28,386 bases of DNA from an uncultured delta proteobacterium (GTDB lineage: Bacteria; Myxococcota; Myxococcia; Myxococcales; Myxococcaceae), in NCBI GenBank assembly GCA_963771175.1, contig CAVYSY010000053.1:1-28386 (forward strand), read 5' to 3'. The notes below the pieces were generated by a model. The model searched no databases and was not told the origin of the DNA. It worked only from the letters and a program-made list of their open reading frames with translations. The position numbers and the translations under genes are program-made. Positions within the stretch are counted from its first letter, which is position 1, and every line of letters starts with the position of its first letter. Positions 10,671 through 19,634 of the stretch are shown here, piece by piece.

Positions 10671-11651
10671 TTACTCCGCCGTCATCGCCGACCGATTCTC
10701 CCCAAGTCGCGCGGTAATCCAGGTCGTGACCTCGCTGATGATGGCGTCCCGCTCCGGCTCGTGAAGGAGGTCGTGGTACGCGTTCTCGTATAGGCGGAGG
10801 GTCTTGTCGGTGCTGCGCGCTCGTGCCGCGAGATCCTTGCTCCCCTCGACAGGGGTCGCCTTGTCGGCCAGCCCATGGAGGATGAGCAGCGGCACCCTCA
10901 CCTCCTCCATGCGCCCCTCGAGGTTCTCTACGGCCGTGAGCACCGCCTTCACCGAGCGCGCCGGGAGATCGGAGTGATCGATGAGCGGATCCTCCGCGAG
11001 CTCCTTCTGTACGGCGGGTTCACGATTGAACTCGGTGTCATCGAGGGGCTGCGCTGATAGGCCAGGGGTGACGGTGCCGAAGAAGCGCGCCGCGACCTTC
11101 TGCCCCCCGGTGACCGACGGTTGCAGCTTCAACGCCGCTCCGCTCAGCACCACACCGCGAAGCTGCTCGCCATGCTCCAGCGCGTAGTACGTCGACACCA
11201 GCCCCCCCATGCTGTGTCCGTAGAGGAAGACCGGCACGCCGGGGTTGCGCTTCTTCGCCTCCGCGACCGCGAGGTGGATATCGCCGACCATCTCCTCGAT
11301 CGAGTCGAAGCGCTGGCGGGGACCGCCCGAGTAGCCGTGGCCTCGATGGTCCTGCGCGTAGACCGCGAGCCCTTGTCCGGCGAGCGCCTCCGCGAGCGCC
11401 GAGTACCGGCTCCCATGGTCGCGAAATCCGTGAACGATGACGACGGCGCCGCGGACCGGGGTCTCCGGCGCCTTCCACTCGAACGCCTGCAGGCACGTCT
11501 CATTGGCCGCCTGCACGCGGTACGGCGTCAGGACCGCGCGCTCGGATCGGCTGGCGGACGGCATGGTGGTGGCGCACGGACTCACGGTGGCACAGCCCGT
11601 ACAGAGCGAGGCCACGAGCATCGTCAGTGCGAGGAATCCCGTGTTCTGCAT
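10671..11651 (-). CDS. Lysophospholipase/monoglyceride lipase-like alpha/beta hydrolase (lipoprotein)
   Basis: Lipobox-like CTGC. Motifs IVHGFRDH, DHRGHGYS, GHSMGG, HGLAD and YHDLLHE. Confidence 0.92.
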   Translation of the reverse strand: MQNTGFLALTMLVASLCTGCATVSPCATTMPSASRSERAVLTPYRVQAANETCLQAFEWKAPETPVRGAVVIVHGFRDHGSRYSALAEALAGQGLAVYAQDHRGHGYSGGPRQRFDSIEEMVGDIHLAVAEAKKRNPGVPVFLYGHSMGGLVSTYYALEHGEQLRGVVLSGAALKLQPSVTGGQKVAARFFGTVTPGLSAQPLDDTEFNREPAVQKELAEDPLIDHSDLPARSVKAVLTAVENLEGRMEEVRVPLLILHGLADKATPVEGSKDLAARARSTDKTLRLYENAYHDLLHEPERDAIISEVTTWITARLGENRSAMTAE

Positions 11652-11717
11652 GTTGAAGCTCCTGTGTGAAAGGTGGACACAGGGTGCTGGAGCGGGCGCG
11701 GCCGTGGATCCGCCAGA

Positions 11718-11757
11718 TGGCCTATATGGCGTCGATCAACCCATGGCGCACCGCCAG
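11718..11757. repeat. 40-bp direct repeat, copy 1 (duplicate of the 3' end of the HD-LuxR gene)
   Basis: TGGCCTATATGGCGTCGATCAACCCATGGCGCACCGCCAG matches 21463-21502 at 38/40. Confidence 0.9.
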
Positions 11758-12003
11758 GTCATCACGATAGGCGCGCCATTCCCCTCCGCTCATGCTCTCC
11801 AGCGTGATCGGCAGGGCCGGCTGACCCAGGCCCCCTGGAGCGTTCAGTCGGTGCAGGGCATGACAGATGATGTCGCGCAGGTCCTCGGCCTTGAGCGGAA
11901 ACACACCGCCTCCATAGGACGCCAGATCGACGGCGGGATCATTGATCAGTTGCTGCAGGCCCAGCAGCAGCCAGCGCAGATCGCGACGGTCATCGTGGGC
12001 CAT
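11722..12003 (-). CDS. Small hypothetical, probably chimeric: its last 11 aa come from the LuxR-tail repeat
   Basis: ATG at 12003. MAHDDRRDL...WRAYRDD then LAVRHGLIDAI*, versus LAVRHGLLDAV* of the regulator. Confidence 0.45.
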   Translation of the reverse strand: MAHDDRRDLRWLLLGLQQLINDPAVDLASYGGGVFPLKAEDLRDIICHALHRLNAPGGLGQPALPITLESMSGGEWRAYRDDLAVRHGLIDAI

Positions 12004-12052
12004 TAAGGGTGGCGGACCCGTGGCAGTGTGTCGGTGCCGGCGTGTGCCCAAA

Positions 12053-12141
12053 GCAGGCTGCACCGCCTCTCCTCCGGCCCGTCGCACAGCCCTCTTGGCA
12101 CCCGTCAGTGGCCCGCCCCTCCCTCTCCGCACCCGGCCTCA
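12053..12141. repeat. Degenerate ~88-bp direct repeat, copy A
   Basis: First 38 nt match 13047-13084 at 31/38. CCCGTCAGTGGCCC vs CCCGTCAGCGGCCC matches at 13/14. Confidence 0.7.
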
Positions 12142-12909
12142 GGCCCGGCCGGCGAAGGAGCCGCCATCGATGTTGAGCGCGTGCCCGGTGACGAACGAGG
12201 CGGCATCGGAGCACAGCCACACCACGCCCGCGGCGACCTCCTCCGGCTGGCCCGTGCGGCCCATGGGATGGATGGCCTCGAGCGCCTTACCCAGCTCCGG
12301 GCTCTCCTGGAAGAGCTTCTCCACCAGCACGGTGCCCCGGATGATGGCCGGGCAGACGGCGTTCACGCGGATGTTCCGCTGCGCGTACTCGAGCGCCGCG
12401 GTCTTGGTCAGGCCGAGCACCCCGTGCTTGCTGGCGGTGTAGAGGCCGAGTCCCTTGGTGCCAATGAGCCCGGCCATGGACGACATGTTGACGATGGAGC
12501 CGCCGCCCTGCGCGAGCATCTGCCGCAGCTCGTACTTCATGCACAGCCACACGGCCTTGAGGTTGGTGTCCAGGACGGTGTCCCACTCGTCCTCGTCGCA
12601 CTCATGGAGCGGACGTGGCACGTTGTTGGTGCCCGCGTTGTTGAAGGCGATGTCCAGGCGCCCGTAGTGCTCGACGGTCCCTCGCACGAGCGACTCGACC
12701 TCGGAGGCCCGCGTCACGTCCGTGCGGATGGCGATGGCCTCGCCCCCCTCCTGGCGGATCCGCTCCTCGGTCTCCGTGTTGCCCTGGATGCCACGGCTGG
12801 CGACGACGACCCGGGCGCCGGCCCGGGCCAGTGCGATGGCCGTGGCCTGACCGATTCCCGAGCTGGCTCCCGTCACCAGCGCGACCCTGCCCTCGAGCTG
12901 CTTCTTCAT
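12139..12909 (-). CDS. SDR family oxidoreductase (glucose 1-dehydrogenase-like)
   Basis: TGASSGIG, NNAG, YTASK catalytic motif, IRVNAVCP and C-terminal IDGG. Confidence 0.95.
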   Translation of the reverse strand: MKKQLEGRVALVTGASSGIGQATAIALARAGARVVVASRGIQGNTETEERIRQEGGEAIAIRTDVTRASEVESLVRGTVEHYGRLDIAFNNAGTNNVPRPLHECDEDEWDTVLDTNLKAVWLCMKYELRQMLAQGGGSIVNMSSMAGLIGTKGLGLYTASKHGVLGLTKTAALEYAQRNIRVNAVCPAIIRGTVLVEKLFQESPELGKALEAIHPMGRTGQPEEVAAGVVWLCSDAASFVTGHALNIDGGSFAGRA

Positions 12910-12974
12910 GTGTGCGCCCCCTGTTTGTGTACCGAAGAATACAGGAGCGTCCGGGCCCTGGCGCCCGGTGGGGC

Positions 12975-13043
12975 TCAGATCTCGTGGTAGATCTGCTGGA
13001 ACACGGCCACGCGGTACGAGTCGGGGAACACCACCACGTTACC
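12975..13043 (-). pseudogene. 22-codon 3' stub of an unknown gene upstream of the SDR
   Basis: GNVVVFPDSYRVAVFQQIYHEI* with near-perfect GC3 codon usage but no plausible start. It abuts repeat copy B. Confidence 0.45.
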
Positions 13044-13046
13044 CAC

Positions 13047-13133
13047 GCGGGCTGCACGACCTCTCCACCGGCCGGGCGCACTGCTCGGCGCCTCCCGTCA
13101 GCGGCCCTCCTCGGCCCCCTGCACCAGCCCTCA
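13047..13133. repeat. Degenerate ~88-bp direct repeat, copy B
   Basis: Aligns to 12053-12141. Confidence 0.7.
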
Positions 13134-13198
13134 CCATCAACACGCCTCCCATTCGCCCCATGCGTCACCTTCCCCGCTGAAATGGTGCGAAGGGGACC

Positions 13199-13261
13199 TC
13201 ACTTCTGGACGTCCAGAAGTGATGTAGGTTGATGTGTGATGCTTCTGGACGTCCAGAAGTG
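13199..13261. repeat. Two tandem perfect palindromes, centres 40 bp apart
   Basis: TCACTTCTGGACGTCCAGAAGTGA (13199-13222, 24 bp) and CTTCTGGACGTCCAGAAG (13242-13259). Confidence 0.95.
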
Positions 13262-13296
13262 CCCGTAGTACCGGCGGGGGCGGCCGGAGGGGACAG

Positions 13297-13365
13297 TGCG
13301 TGCACCGGACCATGTGGAACACCGATTCCGGGGCAAGTGGAACACTGATTCCGGGCAAGTGGAAC
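13297..13365 (+). mobile_element. Orphan IS21-family-like terminal end
   Basis: Starts TGCGT.., then tandem 22-23 bp units GTGGAACACCGATTCCGGGGCAA / GTGGAACACTGATTCCGGGCAA / GTGGAAC. These resemble the multiple AACACxGATTCC transposase-binding repeats of IS21 ends. No istA/istB follows. Confidence 0.65.
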
Positions 13366-13541
13366 GAACCCTGAAAGTAGGGAGCGGGACGGGCGCGCCC
13401 ACTGCTCACGTCCGGTGAGGGCTCCATCAACGAGCGTGACGCGCGCCCGTGCGTCCTCGCTGATGCCCATCAACCGGCATCACGGCGTTCACAGGGGTGT
13501 CGAGAAGCTTTGAGGTTCGGGGGCCGTGAGCACAGAACCGG

Positions 13542-14132
13542 TCACGGATAGATCTGGGTGATGCGGCCATTCGGGAAGTGCCGGCAGACGACGGGCTCGT
13601 CTGCGCCATGGCGGATCACCACGCGATGGGAGCTGCCTTGCCCGTCGTGCTGCATCTCTTCGACTTCGACTTCAATCAGCCGATCGCCGTCGTATTTGAA
13701 CGCCTCGGTGCGTGTGCCATATTTGCCATAGGACGATGTCTCTGTGACCCGACCCTGGTCCAGCATTCGGATCTTGGCGTGCAGCAACTCCTTGGATCGA
13801 GATGCTCCAAAGTGCAGTCCTGTGATGGACTGGTCTTCATGAATGAAGAAGTCCTCATGGAAGCAATCAGGCAACTCCGTGCCTGTCTTTCGGTAGATGA
13901 GCCGGTGATTGGCATCCAGGTACTGAAGGCACTTGCCCTTGGTCTTGGCAGGTGCCGATTTCAGGGCCTTGCCGCGCTTGAATCCCGCACGGTTGTTTTC
14001 CATCGGCTCGATTTCATGGAGCACGCCCGTGGACCAGATTTCGGTGTGTGGCACCTTGTTGATTTGCTCGAGCAGCGATGAGTATTGGTCGGCCTGCTTC
14101 CTGAAGACCGCTTCAGCTTGAGTTGTGTTCAT
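13542..14132 (-). CDS. Hypothetical protein, lower GC, possibly immunity-like
   Basis: 196-aa ORF from ATG 14132. Sampled lines are about 50-55% GC. Confidence 0.7.
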   Translation of the reverse strand: MNTTQAEAVFRKQADQYSSLLEQINKVPHTEIWSTGVLHEIEPMENNRAGFKRGKALKSAPAKTKGKCLQYLDANHRLIYRKTGTELPDCFHEDFFIHEDQSITGLHFGASRSKELLHAKIRMLDQGRVTETSSYGKYGTRTEAFKYDGDRLIEVEVEEMQHDGQGSSHRVVIRHGADEPVVCRHFPNGRITQIYP

Positions 14133-14262
14133 GGCGCCAAGGAAAAGTACCAGCAGCAATGCCGTTTTGAATGTCCTGCAGTTCGTTGCGAATGCCTGTT
14201 TCAGTGTTCTTGGCTGATGCGATCGCTCGCGAGGCCACGATCACCGCTGATCACTCCGCAGA

Positions 14263-14811
14263 TCAAGAGCGTGGGGAGGCCGGTGGCAGCGGGATGCCAG
14301 GGAACAGAAAGCTCTTGGAATCGTCCCAGTTGACGCCGGTTTCCGCATAGCGGGTGAGCCGCTTGCGCAGCTTTTCCGGGTCCCCGATCATCCCCGTCAA
14401 CTCATGTTGATAGATGGTCTGAGTGTCTTTGACCGGATCCAGGTCAGCTTGGATCAGCTTGGCATTCACACTCTGGAAGGTATCGTCCAGTTCCACCAGA
14501 CTTGCGCCGTATTTTCCATCGGCTTCAATGATGGGGGACAACATGCGTCTCGCCACGGGACGGGCATTGGGAACCACCAAGCCGGCCGGCAGGATCTCGT
14601 TGATCATGGCCTTGAAACGGTTCTCTGCAGCGTAGGCGCAGAAAATGATGGGCGCCTGGTTCAGGTCTGTGCCAGCCCAATCCGCGGTGCTCCGAAAGAC
14701 ATCGAAGAACTCCATCAAGGAGTTGGTGCGCATTTGAGCGAGGGTGAACAGATCGTCGCCGAGTTGAAAGCTCAACACAGCATTTTCTTTCCAGGGGATG
14801 CGCTTCAACAT
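14263..14811 (-). CDS. Hypothetical protein, lower GC, Imm26-like N-terminus
   Basis: 182 aa. KRIPWKENAVLSFQLGDDLFTLAQM resembles the KxGDVFxIPLxDxxFxLGQ start of Imm26-type proteins (by eye only). Confidence 0.7.
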   Translation of the reverse strand: MLKRIPWKENAVLSFQLGDDLFTLAQMRTNSLMEFFDVFRSTADWAGTDLNQAPIIFCAYAAENRFKAMINEILPAGLVVPNARPVARRMLSPIIEADGKYGASLVELDDTFQSVNAKLIQADLDPVKDTQTIYQHELTGMIGDPEKLRKRLTRYAETGVNWDDSKSFLFPGIPLPPASPRS

Positions 14812-14966
14812 TTCAGTGCTTTCGCAGCACGATGGTCATCGGCTGCCTTCAGGCCACCGTCGACGCGCACGCTGGTGGCATGTCTCGTGGTAGCAAGTCT
14901 TACATCGGCCTTGCTGGCTTCTTTGATCTCGCCCTTTAATAGATCTGCTGGCTGTCGGGATCAAGG

Positions 14967-15145
14967 TCACTCCACCACGGCGTTGTCCCAGCAGTTACCC
15001 TTGCGCGACATGCTGCATTGAATCCCGCGCGCGGCCAGCGCCTGCTGGTAGTCGGTGCTGGCGTACTGACTGCCCCGGTCCGAGTGGTGCAGCAGCCCTC
15101 GGCCCAGGTGCTATTGGGCTGGCCGGGGGAGAAGTTGCGCTTGAG
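14967..15145 (-). mobile_element. IS3-family transposase (OrfB/rve) remnant, internally deleted
   Basis: [15 protein letters not shown] is joined out of frame to [43 protein letters not shown]. Confidence 0.92.
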
Positions 15146-15146
15146 T

Positions 15147-15475
15147 CTCCCCCGCTTCCGTGGACACCGCCGAGGCGAGCGCATCCTCTGGCGGGCTGAC
15201 GACCACGAGAAGGTGACCCAGGTGTTGCTGGCCAAGTGGATGAGCCGCATCCAGCGGCTGGCTGAAGGTGACGGGGGGCATCCACACATCCTCCGCCACA
15301 CCTTCTGCTCCCGGCTGGTGATGGTGGGAGCCCCGGCAAAGGCCATCCAGGAACTGGCCGGGCACCAGCACCTCTCCACCACCCAGCGGTACATGCACCT
15401 GAGTCCGGCGGCCAAATCAGCGGCCATCCGGATGCTGGAGACAAAGGAGAAGGGGGCCACGGGCTGGAGACGAGA
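15147..15475 (+). pseudogene. Tyrosine recombinase/integrase C-terminal remnant
   Basis: HILRHTF (15285-15305), IQELAGH and catalytic Tyr in TTQRYMH (15390-15392). The N-terminal half is replaced by the IS3 remnant. Confidence 0.92.
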
Positions 15476-15515
15476 AAATCTTCAGCCCATAACCCAGTGG
15501 TTTCAACCACTTGAC

Positions 15516-15542
15516 TGGCCGGGGAGACAGGATTTGAACCTG
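15516..15542 (-). mobile_element. att-like tRNA 3' fragment (tRNA-Pro-like), copy 1
   Basis: Reverse complement CAGGTTCAAATCCTGTCTCCCCGGCCA = T-arm + acceptor strand + CCA. It lies directly downstream of the integrase remnant, and no 5' tRNA half is present. Confidence 0.8.
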
Positions 15543-15755
15543 TCTCCCCTGCCCTCGTGTCCTCCGAGCCCTGGCCACCGAGCCGAGCGGCTGGACCGTG
15601 GGAGCAGGGAACTCGGTCAGCTTCACCGCTAGCGCGTCGAAGTCGTGGAAGCCCTTGGAGCCCACCGCTTCGTCAGGTACCTGACTATGCCCAGGCCCGT
15701 GGGTGACGGTAGACTTGACTCCCCCACCACCCTGCTCGTCCGCCAAGAGGAGTAG

Positions 15756-18700
15756 ATGCAGACATGCAGAGAGGCGCAGTGGATCGCCCTCGTTCTCACC
15801 GTGGCCCTGGCCCTGCTGGGAGCGCGCGAGGCCCGGGCAGGAGAGCCGCCCGGCCGCATCGCGCTGCGTGGCTATGGGGCGGACTCCGGCCTACAGAACG
15901 CCGACACCAGCAAGGGCATCCAGGACGGAGAGGGGTTCGTCTGGGTCATCACCGCGGACGCGGCGTACCGCTTCGAGGGCGAGCGCTTCGAACGCTTCGG
16001 GCTGGAGTCCGGCTTGCCCTCGCTGCCCGTCAATGACGTGGCGCTGGATGCCGAGGGCCGGCTGCTCGTGGCGACGACCAGGGGGGTGGCCCGCTGGGAG
16101 GGAGCCCGCTTCACCGCCGTCCCCGCCCCGGGCGTGCCTCCCGAGGTGCAGGGCGTGCGCGTGGACACTCGAGGCCGGCTGCTGCTGTCCACCGCCCAGG
16201 GCTTGTTCGTGGAGGAGGTGCCGGGCCGCTTCACCCTGGCGCCGGGCTGGCCTGGGGGGCCCGCGGGAGCCCTGTGGGTGGATGCGTCCGGCGAGCTTCA
16301 GGTGGCCTCGGGCATGCGCCTGGCGAGCCGCGATGCGCGAGGGCAGTGGCACCCGCGGGAGGTCCCCCTGGCGCGCAGCCCCATCGCCGCCATCGCGCGG
16401 GACGGGCGGGGACGCCTGTGGTTGCGCGGCGACGGGTGGCTGGCCATGCGGCCCCGGGAGGGCGCGGCCTTCGAGGATCGCTCCGAGCTCATCGCGGGCA
16501 CGCTGAGCATCGCGATGCACCTGCGCGTGGGGCAGCGGGGGCAGCTCCTCATCCCCACCACCCGAGGCCTGGTGGAGGTGGAGGGCGAGCGCACGCGCGT
16601 CGTCCAGCTGGGGCGGCCGGGACAGGCCCTGCGGATGCGGGATGCGCTGGAGGAAACGGAGGGCTCGCTCTGGGTGCTGGGACAGGGAGCGCACCGGGCC
16701 CTGGGCCGTGGCCTGTGGAGCCTGCACGACGTCACCACGGGGTTGCCCGCGAGCGCCACCTGGGGGCTCACGCGCGGCGCGGATGGCACGCTGTGGGTGG
16801 GCACCGATGAGGGGCTCTGCGCGCGGCACGCCCGAGGGGTGGAGGGCCGTCCCCGGGCTGAGTGGCTACTCGCTCAAGGCGGTGGTGGTGGACCGGGACG
16901 GCGGGGTCTGGAGCGCGGGCAACCCGGGCGGGCTCCACCACTACGAGCCCCGAACGGGAGCGCTGCGCACGCTGCGGGAGGAGTCCGGCTTCTCCGCGCG
17001 CATCACCTTCAGCCTGCTGCTGGAGCCGGATGGCACCCTGTGGGCCGCCGGCTACGCGGGCCTCTTGCGCGGGGTGCGCCAGGGGGAGCGGTGGACGTTC
17101 GCGCCGGTGCTGCCGCACAGCCCCCGGATGCCATTCGTGGGCCTGGCCAGGGATGGAGCCGGGCGGCTGTGGGCCACGGGGGACGGGCTCTACGTGCGTG
17201 ACGGCGGCGGCTTCCACCGCTTCGGTGTCGGCGATGGGCTGAGGGATGACCGCGTGCGGTACCTGCTGGCCCGCCGCGACGGCCGCATCTGCGTGGCCTA
17301 CGCGGACCCCATCGGACTGAGCTGCTTCACCTACCGGGACGGGCGCCTGGACGAGGGTGTCCACCTGGACCCGACGACGGGGCTGCACAACGGCGTCGTC
17401 TACCAGCTCGGCGAGGACGCCTTCGGCCGTCTCTGGGTGGGCACCGGCGCCGGGGTGGAGCTCTTTGGCGACGGGTGGCACGTCCCCTTCGGGCAGAGCC
17501 AGGGCCTGCCGGGAGACACCCCCAACGGAAACTCCTTCCTGGCCGATGCCGATGGCACCGTGTGGGTGGGGACCACGAGCGGACTCGGCCGCTTCGAGGG
17601 GGCGCGCTACACGGGCCCGATGCCTCCACCCCGTGTGAAGCTGCTGGGCCTCACCTTCGGCCCCCACGCGCGCTCCCAGCTCCCGGACGAGCGGCTCCAG
17701 GTGGAGCATGACGCGTCGATGCTGGACGTCCGGTTCGCTGGGATGGGCCTCCACGAGGCCTCGCCCCTGGCGTACGAGGTGCGACTGGTGGGGCTGGACG
17801 ACTGGCACCCGCCTACGGCCAGCAGGGTGCAGTACGCCGTGCTCCCACCGGGCCGCTACCGCTTCGAGGTGCGTGCGCGCGGCGAGGGGGGCGCCTGGGG
17901 GCCCCCCCTGGGGTTCGACCTGGAAGTGCACCCGCCCTGGTGGGGCACGGTGTGGGGACGGCTCCTGGGCTTGCTGCTGCTGGGGGCCGGAGTGGCGGGC
18001 ATGGTGCGCTGGCGAGGACGTGTCCTTCAGCGCAGGAACGCCGAGTTGGAGGCGCTCGTGCTGGCCCGCACCACCGAGCTCACCCGGGCTCGTGAGCGAG
18101 TGGTCCAGGCGGAGAAGCTCTCGGCCATGGGCCAGCTGCTGGCCCGGCTCGCCCATGAAATCAACAACCCGCTCACCGCCATCCACAACAACCTCACCCC
18201 GGTGGGCGAGTACTTCGGGCAGATGAGCGAGGCCCTGCGGCGCTGCCGCGAGTGGCTCGGCACCCAACCCGAGCAGGCCACGGAGGCCGAGCGGCTGTGG
18301 CGGGAGCAGGACCTGGACTTCGTGCTCCAGGACTTGCCGGAGGCACTGGACTCGATGCGGAGCGCGTCGGAGCGCATCCGGTCCATCCAGACGGACCTGC
18401 GCGCCTTTCTGCGGGGCGAGCGCCCCAGCCTCGTCTCCGCGGACCCCGATCAGGTGGTCCGCGACACGGTCGAGCTGGTCCAGCGCACACTGCCTCCGGG
18501 CGTGCGGTTGGAGGTCCAGTGTGGCGGGGTGCCCCTCGTCCTGCTCCACCCGGGGCAGCTCGGGCAGGTGCTGCACAACCTGCTGCGCAACGCCGTGGAT
18601 GCCCTCGGGACCGAGGGCGAGGTGCGGGTGCACACGGCGGTGAGGGACGGCTGGGTGGAGCTGCGAGTGGCCGACACCGGGCCGGGCGTGCCCGTGGAGC

Positions 18701-18894
18701 TACGCAAGCGCATCTTCGAGCCCTTCTTCACCACGAAGGACGTGGGTCAGGGCTCGGGGCTGGGACTGGCCATCTGCCGGCAGATCATCGAGGAGAATCA
18801 CGGCGGCTCGTTCGAGCTGGACGAGACGGTGGAGCGGGGCGCGTGCTTCGTGGTGCGGCTGCCCCTGTCCCCTGCCCGGAACCAGGTGGCGTGA
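15756..18894 (+). CDS. Sensor histidine kinase with extracytoplasmic beta-propeller (Reg_prop) and Y_Y_Y domains; +1 frameshift near 16818
   Basis: Signal/TM segment, repeated DGxLWVGT blades, LPPGRYRFEVRA, PPWW TM, LAHEINNPL H-box, NLLRNAVDA, DTGPG, IFEPFFTTK and GSGLGL. Removing T16818 joins the two ORFs. Confidence 0.9.
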
Positions 18895-19091
18895 ACCCCC
18901 CCCCGAATCTCTACGAGGCCGGCACGTCCCACTCCACCTGCGATGTGATTCTTCACATCAGCACGCCGGATGCCGAAGCGCTGCGGCTCGTGGAACCGCT
19001 CCTCTGCGCTGAACGCCCCGGCTGCGCGCCGGGGAAAGTGTCAAGAATCCGCGTTGCACACGAGTCCGCATCGGGCGCAACCTGCGCGGCC

Positions 19092-19634
19092 ATGATTCAG
19101 TCCTTCGAGCGCACGACGACCGAGCGGCTCCTGCTCCGCCGCATCCAGGAGAGTGACCTGGACGCGGTGTTCACCCTCCATGGGGACCCGGAGACGAACC
19201 GGTTCAATCCTTCCGGGCCCCTGCGCTCCGTGGACGCCGCGCGCGAACTGCTGGAGCTGTGGCTGGGAGACTGGGCACATCGCGGCATGGGGTACTGGCT
19301 CGTGGAGCGGCGCGACGCGCCCGGGACTGTCGTGGGCTTGGGTGGAGTGCGCCACAAGGAGCTCGAAGGACAGAAGGTGCTCAACCTCGCCTACCGGTTC
19401 AGTCCCCAGTCATGGGGCTCGGGGTATGCGACGGAAGTGGCTCGCGTGTCCCTGGCGCTGGCCCGGAAACACATCCCCGACGTTCCGGTGGTAGCCATCA
19501 TCAACCTGGAGAACGTGCCCTCCCTCCGCGTGGCGGAGCGGCTCGGGATGCGGCGCGACCGAATCATCGACTACGAGGGCGTCGCGAGTGCCGTGTATCT
19601 GGCGGAATACAGAGCTGGGGGAGACAGGATTTGA
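19092..19634 (+). CDS. GNAT N-acetyltransferase (RimJ/RimL type)
   Basis: TERLLLR, WGSGYATE and ENVPSLRVAERLGM. The stop codon lies inside att copy 2. Confidence 0.9.
   Translation: MIQSFERTTTERLLLRRIQESDLDAVFTLHGDPETNRFNPSGPLRSVDAARELLELWLGDWAHRGMGYWLVERRDAPGTVVGLGGVRHKELEGQKVLNLAYRFSPQSWGSGYATEVARVSLALARKHIPDVPVVAIINLENVPSLRVAERLGMRRDRIIDYEGVASAVYLAEYRAGGDRI

Noticed and set aside
13199..13365. Possible mini CRISPR array
   Set aside because: There are only two palindromic copies with a ~20-nt spacer, the second repeat set has no spacers, and no cas genes are present.
13314..13365. GTGGAAC units as chromosomal parS
   Set aside because: They are direct half-sites, not the palindromic GTTCCACGTGGAAC. 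An IS21-like end explains them better.
13500..14960. Integron cassettes with attC sites
   Set aside because: No RYYYAAC...GTTRRRY boxes follow the stops, and the integrase remnant does not look like IntI.
15516..15600. Complete tRNA gene
   Set aside because: Only the T-arm and 3' acceptor strand are present. No anticodon or D arm can be folded.
19201..19217. GGTTCAATCC T-loop-like sequence
   Set aside because: It lies within the GNAT coding frame and has no tRNA stems.
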